Part shown: in pieces, positions 31,185-40,097 of the stretch
How the letters are laid out: every line of letters starts with the position of its first letter
How positions within the stretch are numbered: position 1 is the stretch's first letter
Assembly: GCA_021825585.1 (NCBI GenBank)
Contig: JAKAGT010000014.1
Coordinates: forward strand, 23,129 to 87,128
Direction of reading: 5' to 3'
DNA: 64,000 nucleotides
Source: Bacteroidota bacterium
GTDB lineage: Bacteria; Bacteroidota; Ignavibacteria; Kryptoniales; JAKASW01
Made by a program: the position numbers and the translations under genes
The notes under the pieces: model-generated
What the model was told of the DNA's origin: nothing
What the model saw: the letters and a program-made list of their open reading frames with translations, nothing else
Database searches by the model: none

Positions 31185-32690
31185 TTGTGTCGAAAACCAA
31201 GTGAGCAGTTATTGCCTAAACGTGAAGATGTAAAATCAATCCTGATAATCGGGAGCGGCCCCATCGTAATCGGGCAGGCCTGCGAGTTCGATTATTCGGG
31301 TACGCAAGCATGCAAAGTTCTGCGGAAGCTCGGCTACAAGGTCATCCTCGTCAACAGTAATCCGGCAACGATCATGACCGATCCTGAACTGGCGGACGTT
31401 ACTTACATCGAACCATTGACCCCGGAGTTCGTGCAGAAAATTATCGAGATTGAAAAACCCGGCGCGGTTCTTCCCACAATGGGAGGGCAGACAGCATTGA
31501 ATATTGCAGTCAGCCTTGCCGAATCGGGAGTCCTCGAGCGAAACGGGGTCGAGATGATCGGGGCAAAGCTCGATGCGATTAAGAAAGCCGAAGACCGAGA
31601 GTTGTTTAAAGATACCGTTACTGCCATTGGGCTCGACGTGCCGAAGGGAGGTTTCGTTCGGACGATGGAACAGGCGATGGATATCATTAGTCACGTCGGA
31701 TTTCCCGCGATCATCAGGCCGTCATTTACTCTCGGTGGAATGGGGGGCGGAGTCGCTTACAATATCGAGGAGTTTGAAGGAATCGCGCGCCATGGGCTCT
31801 CCGTCAGTCCCATAAGCGAAATCCTTATCGAGGAATCCGTCCTGGGCTGGAAGGAATTTGAGCTGGAAGTGATGCGGGACAAGAAAGACAACGTCGTGAT
31901 CGTATGTTCGATTGAAAACGTCGATGCGATGGGTGTACACACTGGTGATTCCATCACGGTTGCACCGGCCCAGACGCTGACCGACCGCGAATATCAAAGG
32001 ATGCGTGACTGGGCGAAGAAGATCATCCGCGCCGTCGGGGTTGAGACCGGCGGATCGAATATTCAGTTTGCCGTGAACCCGGCAGACGGCAAGATGGTAG
32101 TCATCGAAATGAACCCGCGCGTTTCCCGCTCCAGCGCACTCGCATCGAAAGCCACGGGTTTCCCGATTGCCAAGATCGCCGCAATGCTTGCGGTGGGTTA
32201 CACTCTTGATGAGATCCCAAACGACATCACGAAGAAGACCCCGGCGTCATTCGAACCGTCGATCGACTACGTGGTCGTGAAGATTCCGCGTTGGGACTTC
32301 GAAAAGTTCAAAGGGACGGACGACACACTCGGCGTCCAGATGAAATCGGTCGGAGAGGCGATGTCTTTCGGAAGTACGTTCAAGGAAGCCCTGCAGAAGG
32401 CGCTCAGATCGCTCGAACAAGGACGATTCGGACTCGGCAGCGACGGGAAGGACGTTTACGACATTTCGAAGTTGAAGAATTCGAAGCTGCGCGAGGCGAA
32501 GCGGGCAATCGCAAATCATTTGCAGCAACCCAAACCGGACAACATATTTTATCTCCGCCCGGCTCTTCAGGCAGGCCTGGCGGTCGAAGAGATACACGAG
32601 CTTACGAAAATCGATCCGTGGTTTCTTAGGAACGTAAAAGAGATTGTGGATTTCGAGAATGAACTCCGCGAAAGCTTCTTTGTCGAGTGA
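31185..32690 (+). CDS. carB: Carbamoyl-phosphate synthase large subunit, N-terminal half (ends at an in-frame TGA)
   Basis: [23 protein letters not shown] plus the first ATP-grasp domain. The likely start is TTG at 31212 (MPKREDVKS.., matching the E. coli MPKRTDIKS). The ORF stops inside the oligomerisation domain. Confidence 0.85.
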   Translation: MCRKPSEQLLPKREDVKSILIIGSGPIVIGQACEFDYSGTQACKVLRKLGYKVILVNSNPATIMTDPELADVTYIEPLTPEFVQKIIEIEKPGAVLPTMGGQTALNIAVSLAESGVLERNGVEMIGAKLDAIKKAEDRELFKDTVTAIGLDVPKGGFVRTMEQAMDIISHVGFPAIIRPSFTLGGMGGGVAYNIEEFEGIARHGLSVSPISEILIEESVLGWKEFELEVMRDKKDNVVIVCSIENVDAMGVHTGDSITVAPAQTLTDREYQRMRDWAKKIIRAVGVETGGSNIQFAVNPADGKMVVIEMNPRVSRSSALASKATGFPIAKIAAMLAVGYTLDEIPNDITKKTPASFEPSIDYVVVKIPRWDFEKFKGTDDTLGVQMKSVGEAMSFGSTFKEALQKALRSLEQGRFGLGSDGKDVYDISKLKNSKLREAKRAIANHLQQPKPDNIFYLRPALQAGLAVEEIHELTKIDPWFLRNVKEIVDFENELRESFFVE

Positions 32691-32717
32691 TCCGGAAACA
32701 GAATACGAGATTTTGAA

Positions 32718-34526
32718 TTGAGCACAGAGCACATGAAGAAGTCCCCGATCAATGAATCAGCACTCCGCAAGGCCAAACAGCTTGGTTATTCAGACCGACA
32801 GCTTGCAGAGATTTTCAGCACGACTGAATCGAAAATCCGCGACGTGAGATCGAAGCTCGGCGTTAAGCCGGTTTTCAAAACCGTCGACACATGTGCGGCA
32901 GAGTTCGACGCGGAGACGCCCTACCATTTCTCTACTTATCAGGAAGAGGACGAGTCGGTCAGGAGCGACCGGAAAAAGGTGGTTATCCTTGGCAGCGGGC
33001 CCAACCGGATCGGGCAGGGCATCGAATTCGACTACTGCTGCGTTCACGGAGTCCTCGCGGCACGCGAAGAGGGCTATGAAGCCATCATGATCAACTGCAA
33101 TCCGGAGACGGTTTCCACCGATTACGACACGGCCGACAAGCTTTATTTCGAGCCGTTGACATTCGAAGATGTCATGAACGTGATCGAGGCCGAGCAGCCA
33201 GAGGGCGTCATAGTCAGCTTCGGCGGGCAGACTCCGCTCAGGCTCGCGAAATCTCTGGAGGAGGCCGGAGTCAGGCTCCTCGGCACGAGTTCGGAAGGGA
33301 TTGACATTGCGGAAGACAGGAAACGATTCGGAGAGCTCTTGCGGAGACTGAATATCCCTCATCCTGAATTCGGGACGGCCTACTCGGTTGCTGAAGCCGT
33401 GGATGTCGCATCGCTCATCGGTTACCCTGTGCTTGTCCGCCCCTCGTATGTCCTCGGCGGGCGGGCGATGGAAATCTGTTACAACCAGGATTCTCTCAGG
33501 AACTACATGCAGACCGCGGCGGACGTGTCTCCTGATAAGCCGGTGTTGATCGATCGGTTCCTCGAGGACGCGTTCGAGTTCGACGTCGATGCCGTTGCAG
33601 ACGGGGAGGACGTGGTTATCGGCGCTATCATGGAACATATCGAGGAGGCGGGCATCCACTCGGGAGACAGCGCGGCGGTCATCCCGCCCTATATGATAAC
33701 CGACAAGTGTCTCAAGGAGATCAAAGACTATACTAACATGCTGGCCCACGGGCTCAAAGTCGTCGGACTGATGAACATACAGTTTGCCATGAAGGACGAC
33801 GTCGTCTACATCATCGAGGTAAATCCGAGGGCGAGCAGAACGGTCCCGTTTGTCAGTAAGAGTATCGGTCTGCCGCTTGCCAAGATAGCTGCGAAGATCA
33901 TGCTCGGGAAAAAACTGAAGGACATGGATCTGGACCGGGCAAACGGACGTTTCGATCACATTGCCATCAAGGAGGCGGTGTTCCCGTTTAACCGGTTCAC
34001 CCGTGTGAAAGTCTTCCTGGGTCCCGAAATGCGTTCGACGGGCGAAGTGATGGGTATCGATCCCGACTTCGGGGCGGCGTATGCCAAGTCGCAGGCAGCG
34101 GCGGGAAACCCGCTGCCAAAGTCAGGTGCGGTGCTCTTCAGCGTGAATGACAACGATAAGAACAAGGGTACGCTCGATATCGCGCGGGCCTTTGCCGGCC
34201 TCGGCTTCAAGCTTATCGCAACGGAAGGGACTTCCAGGTTCCTCACAGAGAACGGAATCGTGAATGAAAAGATATTCAAGGTCAGCGAGGGCAGGCCGAA
34301 TATCGTCGACTACATAAAGAACGGGAAGATACAGTTCATCATTAACACGCCCCTGGGAGAGGAAGCCAGATCCGATGAATATTCCATCGGCTGGGCGGCA
34401 ATCGAACACAGGGTATCTTTCGCCACCACTCTCTCCGCGGCGTCGGCTGCCGTCAAGGCGATCAAGTCTCTTCAGGCCGGCGAGTTGCGGGTCAAGCCGA
34501 TCCAGCAGTTTCATAAGTCCGCATGA
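32718..34526 (+). CDS. carB: Carbamoyl-phosphate synthase large subunit, C-terminal half
   Basis: Same reading frame as the upstream half, 9 codons after the TGA. Start candidates are TTG 32718 and ATG 32733. Contains VDTCAAEF, VVILGSGPNRIGQGIEFDYCCVH, the second ATP-grasp domain, and the MGS-like allosteric domain. Confidence 0.85.
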   Translation: MSTEHMKKSPINESALRKAKQLGYSDRQLAEIFSTTESKIRDVRSKLGVKPVFKTVDTCAAEFDAETPYHFSTYQEEDESVRSDRKKVVILGSGPNRIGQGIEFDYCCVHGVLAAREEGYEAIMINCNPETVSTDYDTADKLYFEPLTFEDVMNVIEAEQPEGVIVSFGGQTPLRLAKSLEEAGVRLLGTSSEGIDIAEDRKRFGELLRRLNIPHPEFGTAYSVAEAVDVASLIGYPVLVRPSYVLGGRAMEICYNQDSLRNYMQTAADVSPDKPVLIDRFLEDAFEFDVDAVADGEDVVIGAIMEHIEEAGIHSGDSAAVIPPYMITDKCLKEIKDYTNMLAHGLKVVGLMNIQFAMKDDVVYIIEVNPRASRTVPFVSKSIGLPLAKIAAKIMLGKKLKDMDLDRANGRFDHIAIKEAVFPFNRFTRVKVFLGPEMRSTGEVMGIDPDFGAAYAKSQAAAGNPLPKSGAVLFSVNDNDKNKGTLDIARAFAGLGFKLIATEGTSRFLTENGIVNEKIFKVSEGRPNIVDYIKNGKIQFIINTPLGEEARSDEYSIGWAAIEHRVSFATTLSAASAAVKAIKSLQAGELRVKPIQQFHKSA

Positions 34527-34709
34527 ATGTAACGGCCGCTGAGTTCTTAGAAGCCTCGTCAGATTGCGTCCGATCATTTCCTCCAATTCGTGGTAACTCG
34601 CCGTCTCCTCCTGTTTGATTGACGGATGACGGTGGATTGCGTTCTCCCCGGTTGTTCGGTCTTGATTACCTGTATATTCTCGCGCTCTCTCCTTATTTTC
34701 TAATTCGGA

Positions 34710-36470
34710 ATGAAGCTTCTATTCGTAACGTGTGCAGTATTCGTTGGACTGGCTTTAGGCAGCAGTGCAACTGCCCAGAACAGGATCAACTCGGTAAGAG
34801 TTGTCGGTGCCGCGGACCTGGCCGGATTCAACCCGGCGGAGTATTTCAAGCCGTTAGGCTTTCCATCTTCGGATACCTCTCGCATCACGGCGGGAATAAC
34901 CCAGATCAAACAGGCGTATTACTCGGATGGCTACTTGCTCTGCCGGGCGGACTCGTTTAGCGTCGTGGGGATGAAGGAACCGGGCGAAAGCGAGCTGGCC
35001 ATCTATATTTCTGCGGGGCCGCGTTTGCTTGTCGGGAGATTATCAATCAGCGGTAACAAATTCCTGACCAACTCATCCTTCAATGGCGATTTGTACACTA
35101 AGGTGGGGAGGCCGTTTGACCAGTCCGGTCTTGAAAACGACATCAAGTATATCCTCGGCCGGTATAATCAGGACGGGTTCCCGCTGGCCGCGGTAACGAT
35201 CGACAGCATTTACGTCTACAATAACCGCGGGTCCGATTCCCTCGGCATCTCGCTGAATGTCAACGAAGGGAAGAGGGTGAGGATTGAAGCGGTCCGTATC
35301 GAAGGGAATACCGAGACGAAAGACTACGTCATAATGCGCGCTCTTCAGATAGTCCCGGGCACATATTACAATGAAAATGAATTGACGCTTGCCAAACAGC
35401 GGCTGCAAAAGCTCGGATTCTTCCAGAGCGTAGGTGATCTCCAGATATTCGAAAGCGGCGACACCACGGGTCTGCTGGTGAAAGTGGTCGAAGGAAACAC
35501 GAATACATTCGACGGCGTAATCGGTTACGTCCCGTCGCAGTTAGGGCAGCCGGGATATTTTACGGGGATGATCGACGTTTCGATGACAAACCTCTTTGGA
35601 ACGGGAAGGAAGTTTCGGGCCATGTGGCACCAGGAGACAAAGTTGACCCAGCAGCTGGAAATTGACTATGGCGAACCTTACATCTTCGGACTGCCGCTCA
35701 ATGCAGAGGTCGATTTCACCCAGCGCCAGCAGGATTCGACATCGGTGACGAGAAACTTCGGACTAAGCGGCATCTTCCTGTTCAGCGATAACTTCAATGC
35801 GAACGTGTCATTGAACACACTGACGACGACACCGCTCCTCAATGCCGCCAACTACTATTCCGTCTACCAGAGCAGCGTGCTGAACCTGGGCGTTGGAGTA
35901 ATGTATGATACACGCAATGATGTCTACAGTCCCACCCGCGGGGTCTTGTACGAGACCCAGCTGCAGTTTGGACAGAAGAAGATTTACGGCCCGGAACAGC
36001 TGATAACACCCGACACGAGACTTACCAGCTATACGCAGCATCTGACGGTCGGGCTCTCTTTCTTTCATGAGTTCATCGCCCGGCAGATACTTGCCGTCGG
36101 AATCCACGGCGAGCAGGTCACAGGCACCGAGCTCGACCAGAGCGACATGTACCGCCTCGGCGGCACGAACACTATCCGTGGGTACATCGAGAATCAATTT
36201 CTTGCAACGAAGGCGGCTTGGACGAACATAGAGTACAGATTCGCGACCGGGAGAGAATCGTTCTTCTTCGCTTTCGTCGATGCGGGTTACATTTATATGC
36301 AGAGCGATCCGCTTGCGGACCTCCCTTCAAGCTCATTCTCGGTATATGGCTACGGCGTCGGTGCCCAGGTCGAAACCGGGCTCGGCATACTCAAGGCGAG
36401 TTTTGCGCTCGGCAAGGGCGACTCGTTTGTACAAGGGAAGATCCATTTCGGAATTGTCAACCAATTTTGA
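34710..36470 (+). CDS. Omp85/BamA-family outer-membrane protein (short, TamA-sized form)
   Basis: Signal peptide (..GLALGSSATAQ), POTRA-like repeats, and a surface-antigen barrel ending in the ..GIVNQF terminal-Phe signature. Confidence 0.8.
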   Translation: MKLLFVTCAVFVGLALGSSATAQNRINSVRVVGAADLAGFNPAEYFKPLGFPSSDTSRITAGITQIKQAYYSDGYLLCRADSFSVVGMKEPGESELAIYISAGPRLLVGRLSISGNKFLTNSSFNGDLYTKVGRPFDQSGLENDIKYILGRYNQDGFPLAAVTIDSIYVYNNRGSDSLGISLNVNEGKRVRIEAVRIEGNTETKDYVIMRALQIVPGTYYNENELTLAKQRLQKLGFFQSVGDLQIFESGDTTGLLVKVVEGNTNTFDGVIGYVPSQLGQPGYFTGMIDVSMTNLFGTGRKFRAMWHQETKLTQQLEIDYGEPYIFGLPLNAEVDFTQRQQDSTSVTRNFGLSGIFLFSDNFNANVSLNTLTTTPLLNAANYYSVYQSSVLNLGVGVMYDTRNDVYSPTRGVLYETQLQFGQKKIYGPEQLITPDTRLTSYTQHLTVGLSFFHEFIARQILAVGIHGEQVTGTELDQSDMYRLGGTNTIRGYIENQFLATKAAWTNIEYRFATGRESFFFAFVDAGYIYMQSDPLADLPSSSFSVYGYGVGAQVETGLGILKASFALGKGDSFVQGKIHFGIVNQF

Positions 36471-36662
36471 ATTCTGCATTGATTAGCTCGGCTGAAATTA
36501 TTAAAAATAGATGAGCATCGTGGAATCTTTGAAGCCGGGATTTCCGTTCCATAAAGAAGTCATCTTTCAGCCGCCTTCTTTACCTTCCGTACGAGAAGGT
36601 GGAGACTCGACTGAGCCGTTGCATTAAGTGTTTAGTAAAAATCGAAGGTTCAATAAAGACCA

Positions 36663-37484
36663 ATGATCGAATATCTTAAATTGGCCCGCATAGGAAATGT
36701 CATGATTGCATTTCTGAGCGTCGAGTGCGCGGGAATACTCTGCGGTATCAATGTTTCAAGAACATGGGTAGTCCTTGCGGCGGCCATAGCCGCTTCCCTT
36801 ATCACAGCCGGCGGGAATGCTGTAAATGATCTCTTTGACATTGACATAGACAAGATCAACCGGCCCAATCGCCCCATCGCCTCCGGCAGACTCTCCCCGG
36901 AAAAAGCTAAAATGTTCTATGCCGGGGTCACAGGAATCGGATTGCTGATTGCTGCGTTTATAAATATCCCTGCGTTCGCAATCGCGGTCGGAGCGTCGAT
37001 CCTGATCTTCCTGTACAGTTATAAACTGAAAAGGACGATCTTCTACGGAAACCTGGCCGTAGCCTTCGTAACGGGACTCACCTTCGTTTACGGTGGCACA
37101 GCGGTAGGGGACCTGAAGGACGTCTATCCTGCCGCCATTTTTGCTTTTCTTACCAACCTTATCAGGGAAATTATTAAGGATGCCGAAGATGTCGGGGGGG
37201 ATAGCTATGTAGGTGTTCATACGATTGCCACCAGATATGGAACCGCAGTCTCCTCGCGCATTTCTATTGCCCTGACGGCAATTCTGCTCTTCATGGTCTG
37301 GGGCGCATACCACCTGAGTGTTCTGCCGATTCAATTCCTGACAGTTTGCGGACTGACTATCCTGCCAATAGGAGTTTACATCACTTATCTTCTTATAACG
37401 AGGCACAGCTTCTCAGAGGCAAGCTTCGGATATAAACTCATGATGATCTTCGGGCTGGCAGCTTTGATAGTCGGAAAAGTGTGA
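36663..37484 (+). CDS. UbiA-family prenyltransferase, DGGGP-synthase-like
   Basis: 273 aa with about 8 TM helices. First Asp-rich motif NAVNDLFDIDIDKINRPNRPIASG and second motif IKDAEDVGGDSYVGVHTIA. Confidence 0.8.
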   Translation: MIEYLKLARIGNVMIAFLSVECAGILCGINVSRTWVVLAAAIAASLITAGGNAVNDLFDIDIDKINRPNRPIASGRLSPEKAKMFYAGVTGIGLLIAAFINIPAFAIAVGASILIFLYSYKLKRTIFYGNLAVAFVTGLTFVYGGTAVGDLKDVYPAAIFAFLTNLIREIIKDAEDVGGDSYVGVHTIATRYGTAVSSRISIALTAILLFMVWGAYHLSVLPIQFLTVCGLTILPIGVYITYLLITRHSFSEASFGYKLMMIFGLAALIVGKV

Positions 37485-37533
37485 TCACGGAGCCTGACAG
37501 GCTCCAACCATCAAGAAAAAACCGAGGAGCACA

Positions 37534-39957
37534 GTGATGAAAAAGTACCTGTTGGTCCTTCTCTCGGTCGCGTGTTTTTCAACCGCGAGATCTCAATCTC
37601 TCCCGCCCGTACATCACGCACCGAACAGAGAATTCCATATGAAGAATATCGTGTTGAACTTCAAGTTCGACATGACAACCAAAACTCTGTTCGGCAAAGC
37701 GACCGAGACGATAGAACCTCTTCGAACACGACTTGATTCCGTCCATCTGAATGCTGTCGATATGAAAATTGAGTCCGTTACGATGGCAGGCAGGCCGCTG
37801 AGTTACCATTACAACGGGAAAATACTGACCGTGATATTCAAAGAAAAGTACGGACTCGGCAGCCAGCTTACCTACGCGATCAAATATTCCACCAAGCCGA
37901 CGCGCGGAATATTCTTCATAACTCCCGACAAAGGATATCCCCACCGGGATCCGGAAGTGTGGAGCAACAGCGAGCCTGAAGATGCGAGGTACTGGTTCCC
38001 ATGCCACGATTATCCCGATGATTTCACCAGCAGCTCTGTGATTGCGACCGTTCCCGAAAACTGGACAGTGATTTCTAACGGGGTACTGAAGAGCGTAACC
38101 ACGGTCGATGGAGGAAAAGAGAAGAAATTCGATTGGGTAGAAGCCCGACCGCACGTCGTCTATTTGATTTCCATCATCGCGGGAATCTTCAAGCGATTCG
38201 AGGACCATTACGGGAAGACTCCGATTTACTATTATTCCGATCCGAAGTACGGCGATTTGATAACCCAGAACTTCAAGAGGGAGCCGGACGTGCTGAAGTT
38301 TTATTCCCACATAACGGGGCATCCCTTCCCGTGGGAGAAGCTGGCATTGACGACTGTTACCAACTTCACCTGGGGCGGTGAAGAGAACGTGTCAGCAATC
38401 ACGCTCACCGACAGGACAATCCATGACCGGTTTGCAGAGCCGCAAATATCCAGCGTATCACTTATTGCGCATGAGACGGCACATCAATGGTTCGGGGACC
38501 TCCTGACGACACGCAACTGGGCAAACGCGTGGCTCAATGAAGGCTTCGCAACCTACTTCGAGGCGTTGTACCGCGAACACGCTTACGGAGAAAAGGAGTT
38601 TGAGTATGAAATGTATCACAACCACAATCAGGTCATAGCAGCCGACAACGTCGACAGGCGTCCGACGGTCTACAACCGCTATTACGATCCCGTCGATGTG
38701 TTTGGAACGTACATTTACCCGCGAGGTGCGTCGATGCTGCACATGCTTCGATTCTTCCTGGGAAACCAGCTGTTTGACAAGGCCATCAGGCATTACGTGA
38801 AGGAATTCAAACACCGGAATGTCGACACTCGTGATTTCTCCAATGCAATCAGAGAGGCGACCGGTTACAACGTCAATTGGTTTTTCAATGAATGGCTTTA
38901 CAAGGGAGGGCACCCGATTTTCGATGTGAGCTACAAATACCATCCCGGGACACAGAAGGTCTTGATGAAAGTGAGCCAGGTGCAGAAAGTTGACAGTCTG
39001 ACGCCTGTATACAAAATGCCCGTCGATATATACATCGCCACCCCCATGGAAAACATAAATAAGCGGGTGTGGGTGGATTCTCTTATGAACACATTCAGTT
39101 TTACAGTTCCCGACAAGCCGCTGATGGTCAATTTTGATGAAGGCCATTGGCTTCTGGATCAGGTGCATTTTCGCAAAAGCGAAAAAGAGCTCGCTTACCA
39201 GATGAAGAGCGACTCGGACGTAGTGGGACGGATCTGGGCAGCCGACCAGCTTGAGAAGCACTACAAGAACGAGTCGGAGGCCCTTCTCATAGCGGCTCTG
39301 AAGACCGACGACTTCTGGGGAGTTCGCCGCAAATGCGCGCAGCTGCTCGGCGACTTCGTCGACAGTGGGTCCAGAGAAGCTCTCATTGCCGCCACACACG
39401 ACGCGGATGCGCGCGTCGAGGAAGCGGCGATCCGCTCGCTGGGAAATTTCAAAGGTGACAGGGATCTCGAAGGGTTCCTCTCCGGGATTTTCTATGATCA
39501 GCAAAACTATTTCGTCAGAGCAGCAGCCATCACGGCAATGAGCGATATAGATTCGGCGGCCGCCTTTCATGCCATCTACACTGCCCTCGACAGGGATTCG
39601 TACGGCGAGGTTATCCGTACTGCCGCGCTCAAGGGCCTGACCAAAATACGGCCCAACATGGCTTACCTGATAGCGACGAACTATGCGAAATACGGGGAGC
39701 CGGAGGCCCTGCGAACCACGGGGCTCCGGGTTTTGGCAAAACTTGACATGAACTACCAGGAGACAATTGCCCGGTTTTCCAAATATCTTTCCGATCCATA
39801 TATCTGGGCGCGCGCAGGTGCCATTGAAGGTCTTGGAAGAATCGGGAAGAGCTCTGTCATACCATTGCTGAGGGAGAGAATGAAAGTTGAACCTGACGGA
39901 CGACTGGTTGCCATGGCCAGGCGGGCAATTGAATCGATCGAAGCACGGGATAAGTAA
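37534..39957 (+). CDS. pepN: M1-family aminopeptidase (aminopeptidase N-like) with C-terminal HEAT repeats
   Basis: Signal peptide; HETAHQWFGD...WLNEGFATY (HExxH plus E); exopeptidase-motif variant GGEEN; HEAT-like C-terminal repeats. Confidence 0.8.
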   Translation: MMKKYLLVLLSVACFSTARSQSLPPVHHAPNREFHMKNIVLNFKFDMTTKTLFGKATETIEPLRTRLDSVHLNAVDMKIESVTMAGRPLSYHYNGKILTVIFKEKYGLGSQLTYAIKYSTKPTRGIFFITPDKGYPHRDPEVWSNSEPEDARYWFPCHDYPDDFTSSSVIATVPENWTVISNGVLKSVTTVDGGKEKKFDWVEARPHVVYLISIIAGIFKRFEDHYGKTPIYYYSDPKYGDLITQNFKREPDVLKFYSHITGHPFPWEKLALTTVTNFTWGGEENVSAITLTDRTIHDRFAEPQISSVSLIAHETAHQWFGDLLTTRNWANAWLNEGFATYFEALYREHAYGEKEFEYEMYHNHNQVIAADNVDRRPTVYNRYYDPVDVFGTYIYPRGASMLHMLRFFLGNQLFDKAIRHYVKEFKHRNVDTRDFSNAIREATGYNVNWFFNEWLYKGGHPIFDVSYKYHPGTQKVLMKVSQVQKVDSLTPVYKMPVDIYIATPMENINKRVWVDSLMNTFSFTVPDKPLMVNFDEGHWLLDQVHFRKSEKELAYQMKSDSDVVGRIWAADQLEKHYKNESEALLIAALKTDDFWGVRRKCAQLLGDFVDSGSREALIAATHDADARVEEAAIRSLGNFKGDRDLEGFLSGIFYDQQNYFVRAAAITAMSDIDSAAAFHAIYTALDRDSYGEVIRTAALKGLTKIRPNMAYLIATNYAKYGEPEALRTTGLRVLAKLDMNYQETIARFSKYLSDPYIWARAGAIEGLGRIGKSSVIPLLRERMKVEPDGRLVAMARRAIESIEARDK

Positions 39958-39975
39958 ATAGTCAATCGGGAATGA

Positions 39976-40003
39976 AGGGGAGCGCCATCGGAGGCGCTCC
40001 CTT
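39976..40003 (+). terminator. Stem-loop downstream of the aminopeptidase gene
   Basis: GGGAGCGCC-ATCGGA-GGCGCTCCC, a 9-bp core (39978-39986/39993-40001). The trailing U-tract (TTCCTC) is weak. Confidence 0.35.
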
Positions 40004-40097
40004 CCTCGACACGCTTCCAGCTGATTAGGATAGTCTGTTCAAACTTTTCTGTAACGATTCTGAACGCTCACCGTACTTCTAAAAAAAGGAATCGTAC

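Noticed and set aside
32688-32690. The carB in-frame TGA might be a selenocysteine codon or evidence of a reassigned code.
   Set aside because: No SECIS-like hairpin follows the codon. The position is a poorly conserved linker, not a catalytic site. TGA terminates several well-defined genes in the window.
32790-33959. A 389-aa minus-strand ORF lies inside carB.
   Set aside because: It is antisense to a strongly recognisable ATP-grasp coding region and its Arg/Asp-rich translation has no motifs. The same reasoning applies to long antisense ORFs at 3217-4092 (nuoM), 16367-17362 (dxr), 26769-27635 (sucA), 38458-39570 (pepN), 53123-53755 and 53987-54718 (sdhA), and 58455-59339 (TPR).
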